From: Octopus vulgaris
Lineage: Eukaryota
Reading direction: 5' to 3'
Assembly: GCA_951406725.2 (NCBI GenBank)
Contig: OX597814.1
Location: 17,422,001 to 17,486,000, forward strand
DNA: 64,000 bases
Shown here: piece by piece, positions 53,901 to 64,000 of the stretch
Layout: the number at the start of each line of letters is the position of its first letter
Numbering within the stretch: position 1 is the first letter of the stretch
Program-made: the position numbers and the translations under genes
Notes under the pieces: generated by a model
Told to the model about the DNA's origin: nothing
The model's database searches: none
What the model saw: only the letters and a program-made list of their open reading frames with translations

Positions 53901-54234
53901 CACCACAACAACAACAACAACCGCAATAACAACAACAAACACAAATCAAAGACAGTAACATTACGAACTACATGACAATAAACTCAAAAAACGATGAATT
54001 AATGAAATATACAACACGCACAAACATTACACCAAAAGATTTTGTCACACCCACATTCTCCCTACCTGCACACATACAAATCATTCAAACAACACAAAAT
54101 ATATACACACACTTAAAATCCAAATTCCCACGGGAAATCGGAGATTCTTGGTGATTTGCTGTTGGAAACACCCCAAGCCTCCCCACCAAACAAGACCAAG
54201 TAAGTTTTCCCTTTCTTTCCTTCTATTTTTCTGA

Positions 54235-56980
54235 CAACATGGTCGTGTACTTAACAGGGAGCGTGAATGTACTTGGCCTGGGGTCATCTTAGAAGCGGGG
54301 TCACCTGCTCAACGACTTCAGGGAAGTGAATATCGACGTGGTGGCCATTAGCGAAACCAGAATTTCCGGCTCACGGGATTTCCGACCTATTTTTGGTGAC
54401 TATGAAGAGTATGCACCTCCAAATCGTCCGGAAGCGGGAAATGGAGTTGCCGTGATGGTTCTGAAAAATCTGGATCTTGCAATACGAACGATCTTCCTGG
54501 ATCCAGAAGTTAAGTCGGTGGTCCTGGACATGACAGACAGCGAAGGACATACTTGTAGTCTAGTTGCCATCTATGCCCCGACTGGAATGAAGTTTCAGTT
54601 GTAAAGTGAGAATGTGTAAGTTTAGCAGATAAGAGAGGGGGATGCAAAACCCTCGCAAACCTGCTCAGACGATTCCAGCTGTCTGATATGTATCAATTGG
54701 ATTTCCCGGATGTGCCAATGTGGACCTGGTCAAACCATATCGGGTCATCCAGACCGTATCTAGACAGGGTATTTTGTAGAGTAGCAGAGAAGGACAGCAC
54801 AGGTCGTCCACAGTTTAAAATGGTCGTGATCTCTACAGTCGACTTAGGATTCATAGACAGGGACCCGGTTACTGGAAACTGAACAGGTCGTTGCCAGCAC
54901 GTAAAGATTTCAGAAACCGGATTAGTGAACTAGTTAAGAGGGCGTTGACGGGGGCAATAATCAACAACAAATGGTGGTTCGCCCTTAAAAGGGCGATTGG
55001 AATAGAATCGACAAGGTTTAGCAAAGGACTAGCAGTAGAACGAAACAGAGTAGAGACAGAGCTAGTCAAGAAGTTAGACGAAGCTTTTATGAAAGGCATC
55101 GCAACCGACGTGCTCGCAGCGAGATTGGCTCTTCACCAATTCTCAACGCGGAACACGAAGGTTGCGTGGTTAGAGCTAAGGCAAAATTTTGGCCAAGATA
55201 TCAGCTACTAGGTTAGCCCTTGTCGTCGGGGATCTGGTAGGGGAGGCAGAGATATGTGCCATCCCAAAAAGATCCATCCACGACAACCTCCAGCTTATGC
55301 GATACATCATTGAAAAAATGGCTTAAAAAACCTGGCACTAGTGGGACACTGATCAATTTAGATCAGTCTAACGCTTTCGATAGGGTCGACTATCTATATC
55401 TGGCGGCGATCCTCAGGGCACTAGGTTTCGGGCCTGTGTTGGGCTGGATCATGGTAATGCAAAGCGACATTTGTTCAGTGGTAAGACTGAACGGTCACCT
55501 CTCAGAGCCGTTCAACATCATGCGCTCGGTCCGGCAAGGTTGTTCCCTCTCGTCTTTCTTAAACGTACTGACTCTCGAGTCACTACTACACAAACTGGAA
55601 ACGCTGAGAAGCATCCCGCGTGACATAGGACGTGGAAATGAGTGTCGGCATATACCGACGACGTTACCGTAGTGGTTGCGGGTCATAGAAATGATCGGCA
55701 GAGAGAAAACTATCCCTGAAAGGTCGGGCAGAGGTGGCTAACGGGTATATCGCGTCCGTCATCTACTATCGCCTGACTGTCGTGCCTGGCCATCGTCTGA
55801 TTACTCTGGAGTGTATAATCTTCCGCTTCTTGTGGAAGGGACGTGTCCCGATAGTCAGGCGGTCTATCTGCTGTCAGTTGTGGTTGATGATGCGCAGACA
55901 TGTGCTAAGGCTATGACACCTCCAGTGCTTCTTTGACGGTGAACATGTATGGTCGCTGTTCGCCAAACACGTATTCCCGCAGCTAGTTTCTTTACTGAAA
56001 CTGCAGTCCTGGGTAAAACAGAGACCATGGGGAAGCATTTGGAAAGTGGAATGTCTTCAAGTGCTCACAGCCCTCAGCCAATCGGACAGTGCGATAGGTT
56101 AACATCAACTTTAGTTTTTTTATATAGAGGATTAGTGGAGGAAAAGTGCGAAGTCTCTTGGGGAGACCTTGGGCGTCGAAGATCAGCTAGTCGCTCTTTT
56201 CTGGAGAACTTTTGGGGCGGACCGATGGATAATTTCCAACATTCTCTAGCCTGGTAGTGCTACCAGGGAGTTTTTCCTGTACGAGAAAATCTTTACAGGC
56301 ATGGTAGTGCCGTCACCCGAGCATGTCCGAGATGCGCGCAGGACAACGAGAAGGTCCTGCATGCACTCGTCCAGTGCCCGTGCATTGATGATCTGTGGGT
56401 TTATGCTGATCACGTGCTGTTATGTGTGAGACGGATCCGGTTGTCAACTAAATACATCGCGAAGATCGCTCCGCTGCCTTCCTTTAACCGGGAAGGAAAG
56501 GCTGTTTTTTTTTTATACTTGGTGCCATGGCGAAAGAGGTTATGTAGTGGACGAGAATGAAGGAGCTGAAGATTAACACATTTCCTTTTGACCAATACCT
56601 GATGAACTTTTCACTTGAAAAGGAAAATAATGGTAGAGAGGGAAGTGTTGTCTTCTTGTTAGTATACTGAAAAATAGATGAAAGTGGCGAGAATGGTACG
56701 GGTGAACGGACCTGTCTCAGCATACGCCTGTAGTTGGAAAAAGCAAAGGAAACAGGGAAAAGGCACTGGCCCGAAGAGTCAGGGTGCCCATGGTTTTTAT
56801 GAGATTTTTTTTTCCATGAGTAGCCTTGGAACGTCTCCTCCCTGCTGAGGATTACACAATGTTGATCTCTTTTTTTTTTATTACTAGTCTTGTTTATACG
56901 CAAAACCCTCAAAACTACAAACACAAACACTGTCCATAATGTTTTTCTTCATGTAAACTCTTGTGCTTAATAAAGAAATC
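54235..56980 (+). mobile_element. Decayed Tx1/L1-clade LINE ORF2 (APE, RT, CCHC) with 3'UTR
   Basis: SVNV.GL, DVVAISETR, VAIYAP, LDQSNAFDRVD, SVRQGCSLS, AYTDD, CPRC..HALVQC; many stops and deletions. Confidence 0.88.
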
Positions 56981-57031
56981 ATTATTATAATTATAATTAT
57001 TATATTTATTATTATTTTTATCATTATTATT

Positions 57032-57102
<71 letters not shown>

Positions 57103-57135
57103 TATTATTATCATCATCATCATCATCATTATCAT

Positions 57136-57166
<31 letters not shown>

Positions 57167-57171
57167 ATCAT

Positions 57172-57203
<32 letters not shown>

Positions 57204-57274
57204 TCAGCAGCAGCAGCAGCATCATCATCGTCATCATCATTATTATTATCATCATCATCATCGTCATCATCATT

Positions 57275-57306
<32 letters not shown>

Positions 57307-57387
57307 GATCATCATCATCATCATCATCGTCATCATCATTATTATTATTATTATTATTATTATTCATCATCATCATCATTATTATTA

Positions 57388-57458
<71 letters not shown>

Positions 57459-57483
57459 CATTATTATCATCATCATTATTATT
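56980..57483. repeat. Compound (ATT)/(ATC)/(AGC)n microsatellite
   Basis: Seen directly. Confidence 0.95.
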
Positions 57484-57700
57484 AAGGCGACGAGCTGGCA
57501 GAATTGTTAGTATGCCGTGCAAAATACTTAGTGGCGTTTCGTCTCTCTTTACGTTCTGGAGTTTAAATTTTGCCGAGATCGACTATACCTTTCTTCCTTT
57601 TGGGGTCGATGAAATAAGTACCAGTTGAGCACTGGGATTGATTACATCGACTAGACCTCTCCCCCAATATTTCAGACGTTGTACCCTTAGCAGAAAGTAC
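57484..57700 (+). mobile_element. SINE family C (diverged, alternative tail)
   Basis: Homology. Confidence 0.75.
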
Positions 57701-57704
57701 TATT

Positions 57705-57988
57705 TTTTCCCCTTCTTTCTTCAAAATTTTCTTCCATTTCTCGCCGAGTGTTTTCCATACACCTAGGGCAGAGAAGCTCATTGTATGCCTTCCCAGTTGA
57801 GCCACACGCAAATTCACAGGTAAAACATGTATTTTAAAAAGTTAATAAATAAATAAATTCATGAATGGATGTTGTTTTCACAGCGATAATGCTCTTCTCA
57901 GTACATGAGTCGTTCCAGTTAACACGATTTTTTGCACTTTCTGTAGGGATGGTGAGCCTGGTATCATTTTCAAATAGGTTTCAGTACC

Positions 57989-58050
<62 letters not shown>

Positions 58051-58150
58051 TTTTTTTCTCTTCTTTCAAATTTGCTTCCATTTCTTGCCGAGTGTCTTCC
58101 CGACTCCTAGGGCAAAGAAACTCATAGTATACATTGGTAGGCCATTAAGC
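57705..58150 (-). mobile_element. Two R4/Dong-like 3' ends separated by (TAA)n
   Basis: IPGSPSLQKVQKIVLTGTTHVLRRALS; related 3'UTRs at 57715-57790 and 58060-58130. Confidence 0.65.
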
Positions 58151-58223
58151 CAAACTCAATAGTTCGTTCATATTTTTTTTTTTTTAAAGTTAAATTAAAA
58201 TACATGAGCAGCAACAGTTCTCA

Positions 58224-58282
<59 letters not shown>

Positions 58283-58809
58283 TTCTAAACAAAATTTACA
58301 CTAAAGAAAATAATTTACACCAAATAATAATATCTGTACTCCGTTATTCAACTGCAGCTGAACTTTCTGGTATTTTGCCAAACGCTTCCGAACAAATTCT
58401 CAGTATCACCAAAAACGGATAGCTCTGTTTAATCAGCACTATAAATGCCAAACCAGCATCTTCAAATCTAAACTCATGTCTCAACACATATATATAATCT
58501 CATGCCCTCTACCACATCACGTCACTCGTTTTATTTTTGCAGGTCATAACTATTATCATCTGAACCGCTATCATAACTACCGCCATCACCAACATAGCTT
58601 TAAATACGACAACCGCTGATTTCAACAAATTCTCGTCTTTCTTAAAGCAGCCATTACATCTCTACCGAAGGGCATCCGACAATGAGATCCACTGTCAACT
58701 TCCTCTTTTGAAAGAAATCAATGCTATAGAACTTGATATTAGAAAAGACTTTGACAGATTATAGATTGCAAACCTCCGGGTCAAGCTATATAACGATTGC
58801 CGGCCAGAA

Positions 58810-60160
<1,351 letters not shown>

Positions 60161-60635
60161 ACTGAAGACACACAGACAGACATGTAATACGGAGAAACTT
60201 AGGAATATACTAGCAATCTTTTCGTCACTAGAAGATACTACTCCATCAGAAGGACAAAGCAGCCATGATATATGCTGTTTCGTTTTTATTCTTTCCGTTA
60301 TTACTATAACTGATTTTTTCCCCTCTTTTTCACCCTGAGTACACAGCATTGTCCATTATATTTAGTGAGCATCTGACATTATGTTGTTTGTTTTCTTTTT
60401 CCCACATATATATTTTATTTATTTTTTTAGCATTTATATATATTGTGTTTACTGAAGCAACTCAACCATCCGGGGGCAATATCTTTCTTTCTGACATGGG
60501 TCGATTTATTCGGCCCATTTACATCATGAAAAGATTTTTTTTCTTTGCTCTTATTATTTTTTCCCTACTGTGTAGGTACGTACGTTTTTTTCTCTATTTT
60601 ATTTCTGTTTCTAAATTACATATATCTCATATATA

Positions 60636-60736
<101 letters not shown>

Positions 60737-61344
60737 CCCTCCTTCATGATGGTACATCAACCCTTTATCAGTATGGTGCTAGAGATGAAAAAATACAAAG
60801 GCAAATAAAATAATATATGAAAGTTCATGTTGAAATAAATATGTGAATAAATATATAAACATATAAATAACTAAACAAGCCTCTTAACTATTGATCTCTC
60901 TTAAAGCATACAGGAGCATAATTCCTAAATAATTCATATCTCTTTAGAATATTATGATAAGCGATCGATGAACGAGGAATGAAAAAAAAAGCGTCAAGAG
61001 AGCCTCTTACAAAAAGATCAACAACTGCAAAAAAAAAAAAAACTATTCAAGGATAAACATGTGTGTCTGTATGTGTGAGTGTGTATTCGTGTGTACGTAT
61101 GTGTATGCGTGAGTTTGTACGTGTGTGTCACTCGACCAACTCGGTTGGTAAACAATCTTCGTCGGTACTTTTCGTTTTGTTTTGTTTTTTGTTTTGTTCT
61201 TGTTTTTGTTCTTGTTTTTGTTTTGTGTATTTAGAATGATCGTTTAGAAGTGTTGGTCCAATACTCTGGATAGATTGATTCAATGGTAAAACAACTTCGT
61301 AAGTGATACATTTAAAAAAAATATATTATTGCAATGAAACATAC

Positions 61345-61523
61345 AGGCGCAGGAGTGGCTGTGTGGTAAGTAGCTTGCTAACCAACCACATGGTTCCGGG
61401 TTCAGTCCCACTGCGTGGCATCTTGGGCAAGTGTCTTCTGCTATAGCCCCGGGCCGACCAATGCCTTGTGAGTGGATTTGGTAGACGGAAACTGAAAGAA
61501 GCTCGTCGTATATATGTATATGC

Positions 61524-61559
<36 letters not shown>

Positions 61560-61751
61560 TTGTCCCCCTAGCATTGCTTGACAACCGATGCTGGTGTGTT
61601 TACGTCCCCCTAAATTAGCGGTTCGGCAAAACAGACCGATAGAATAAGTACTGGGCTTACAAAGAATAAGTCCCGGGGTCGATTTGCTCGACTAAAGGCG
61701 GTGCTCCAACATGGCCGCAGTCAAATGACTGAAACAAAAGAGTAAAAGAGT
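61345..61751 (+). mobile_element. Full-length SINE family A
   Basis: Shares diagnostic positions with the 4987 copy. Confidence 0.9.
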
Positions 61752-61792
61752 AATACAGTCTAATCTGGTATACACATATTTTCTATGTTATA

Positions 61793-61961
61793 CGAGGAAG
61801 TGCTGAAAGGGTTTTATTCAACATATTCCCGCTCAGATTCACACACTCATTGCAACGGTCCTCCAGTTTTTCTAAGCCCTGTAAAAGAATTCAGAATGTT
61901 GGGTCTCCAACCAGACCTTTCGCGATACCCTTAAAACTAGGAACTTTTCAGCACCCCCTCG
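61793..61961. mobile_element. Mariner-type MITE
   Basis: TA|CGAGGAAGTGCTGAAA..TTTCAGCACCCCCTCG|TA. Confidence 0.8.
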
Positions 61962-62469
61962 TACACTCGTGTACCGGATGTTATTCTGAATGTTTGATTA
62001 TCCTGAAGGAAAAAAGAATGTAACTTAAGTTTCACAACGAAAATTTCCTCAGTTCTGTTTCCATATATATATGCATCGTTTCTGAATCACTTATGAGGTC
62101 ACTCACAAATACCCCAGCGGACCCAAGTCAAATGAAGTCCTTCAACTCTTTAGCTGTTTTTCCACTAAAAGATAGCTTAAACTGTGCTCTAAATGGAGGT
62201 GCAGTCAAATCCTTTTTTATGGACTCAACCATGTTCTAAAATAAGTCGAAAGGTAAGCTACTATAAATCGGCGCGAACTTTCAGGACAACCTAATACTAA
62301 CGCGGTAGTCCACCAGGAAGTTTTGTGCGTTTCCAAAATACATTTGTACCACATTTGACAAATGAATCTACGAACCAGAAACAGAAGTCAAATTTTCCTG
62401 AAAATCACAAGCTATCATCTATTAAAAAAAGACTGAGGTTGTCTGGGGTAGAAAATTCCAGAAACAAAT

Positions 62470-62873
62470 ATTTTTTTCTAGTCTAGGCACAAGGCCTGAA
62501 ATTTTAGGAGAGGGGGCCAGTCGATTAGATCGACCCTAGTACGCAACTGGTACTTAATTTATCGATCCCGAAAGGAAGGAAGGGACAAAGTCGACCTCGG
62601 CGGAATTTGAACTCAGAACGTAGCGGCAGACGGAATGCGTATTTCTTTACTACCCACAAGGTGCTAAACATAGAGGGGACAAACATGGACAGACAAATGG
62701 ATTAAATCGATTACATCGACCCCAGTGCGTAACTGGTACTTAGTTTATCGATCCCGAAAGGATGAAAGGCAAAGTCGACCTCGGCGGAATTTGAACTTAG
62801 AACGAAACGAGACAGACGAAATACCGCTAAGCATTTCGCCCGGCGTGCTAACGTTTCTGCCAGCTCGCCACCT
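62470..62873 (-). mobile_element. SINE family C tandem dimer with two different tails
   Basis: Homology to 40028-40447 and 57484-57700. Confidence 0.82.
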
Positions 62874-63328
62874 TTCCAGAAAAATTATTGTGATTGTCAT
62901 GACTTGAATGATCTGCTTCCTGAGTCTAGACATGCGATTAAACAACAACACTTTTATAATCATTAGCTTTATCTTCCTTCTATACACAGCAACGTTTCAA
63001 CATTTTCTTGTTTTTCATTTTAATTGCTTTGTAAAATACTGCAGCTCATGATTCTTCCTTTGATGAATAATTAAGGGATTAATTATAACGAATTGTCAGG
63101 TGTTAAGGCGTTGGCTAGATTATCTCACTGAATTTGTTAGGAATGACTGTGCTTTGACTTCAAAGCCTGCTGAAGTCGATCTTTCTTGGGTATGAAACGA
63201 TTTGACCCAGCCGTTTTGGCGCCCCTTATTTGGCATCTTTGTTTCGATGCTCATTTATTTGACATCAAACGTCCTTATGTTTCTTTTGTCTTAATGTTTT
63301 TACTTCTTTTTATTCTCCGCATCTCTCT

Positions 63329-63407
<79 letters not shown>

Positions 63408-63611
63408 TTCTTTCCCTCTTCTGTGGTTACTTACTGGCGCATATATCTCTTTCTGTGTTTGAGGAGAAGGAAACTGTTTATTTCAATTGTGTCCAATTAA
63501 TAATTATAATCTCTCACTTTCTCACTCTCTCACTCACTCGCAACTAGAAAACACTGACAATTTCTAATTGGTAGCATATTTTGCACACGCGTGGGATATT
63601 CAAACAGATAA

Positions 63612-63828
63612 TATTGGTTTCAAATTTGGCGCAAAGCCGGCAGTTTCCGGCAGAGAGTAAATCGATTACATTGATACCCTGTGCTCTGCTGGTACTTATT
63701 TATCGACCTCGAAATGATGAAAAGTCAAGTTGACCCCGGCGGAAGTTGATATCAGAACGTTATGACGAACGAAATGCCGATAAGCATTTTGCTCCTGCGT
63801 GCTAACGATTCTGCCAGCTCACCACCTC
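63612..63828 (-). mobile_element. SINE family C (diverged)
   Basis: Homology. Confidence 0.7.
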
Positions 63829-63861
63829 ATTCAAATAGAGAATGTCAAAAAATATATAAAA

Positions 63862-63985
63862 CTAGCAGTATAACCCGGCCTTGCCCGGGATTAATTAGGA
63901 TTATTAAGCCAATCAAGTTCTTTATTGCAAACCAAACTAAGTAACATCGACGTCCAATTTGGGCGAAATGCGTTGAAATTGGTTT
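63862..63985 (-). mobile_element. Helitron-like 3' end
   Basis: rc: CCCGGGCAAGGCCGGG hairpin then TACTGCTAG|T. Confidence 0.6.
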
Positions 63986-64000
63986 ATATATATATATATA

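Overview
AT-rich, microsatellite-saturated metazoan DNA with no recognisable host protein-coding exon. The repeat families suggest a cephalopod such as Octopus (inference). Nearly all ORF-track calls are (TA/CA/TAA/GATA)n artefacts. The window is a mosaic of mobile DNA: one 5'-truncated Neptune-type Penelope-like element (PLE) with RT and GIY-YIG at 18.3-21.2 kb, many PLE terminal-repeat remnants sitting in (TA)n, Tx1/L1-clade, R4/Dong-like, CR1-group and RTE LINE fragments, three tRNA-derived SINE groups, a decayed Tigger/pogo transposon, several MITEs and Helitron ends. The most striking signal is a set of about ten hand-folded type I hammerhead ribozyme (HHR) motifs in unrelated terminal-repeat families. 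All have a palindromic or near-palindromic stem III. Their cores include non-canonical forms: all of C3-G8, G3-C8 and U3-A8, a recurrent U4C, and A6U. Other highlights are a ~1 kb fold-back palindrome apparently primed from a SINE hairpin, a SINE sharing its 3' tail with a Tx1 LINE, microsatellite-targeting Tx1 subfamilies, and TTAGGG-bearing MITEs. All folds and alignments were done by eye, and coordinates of decayed elements are approximate.
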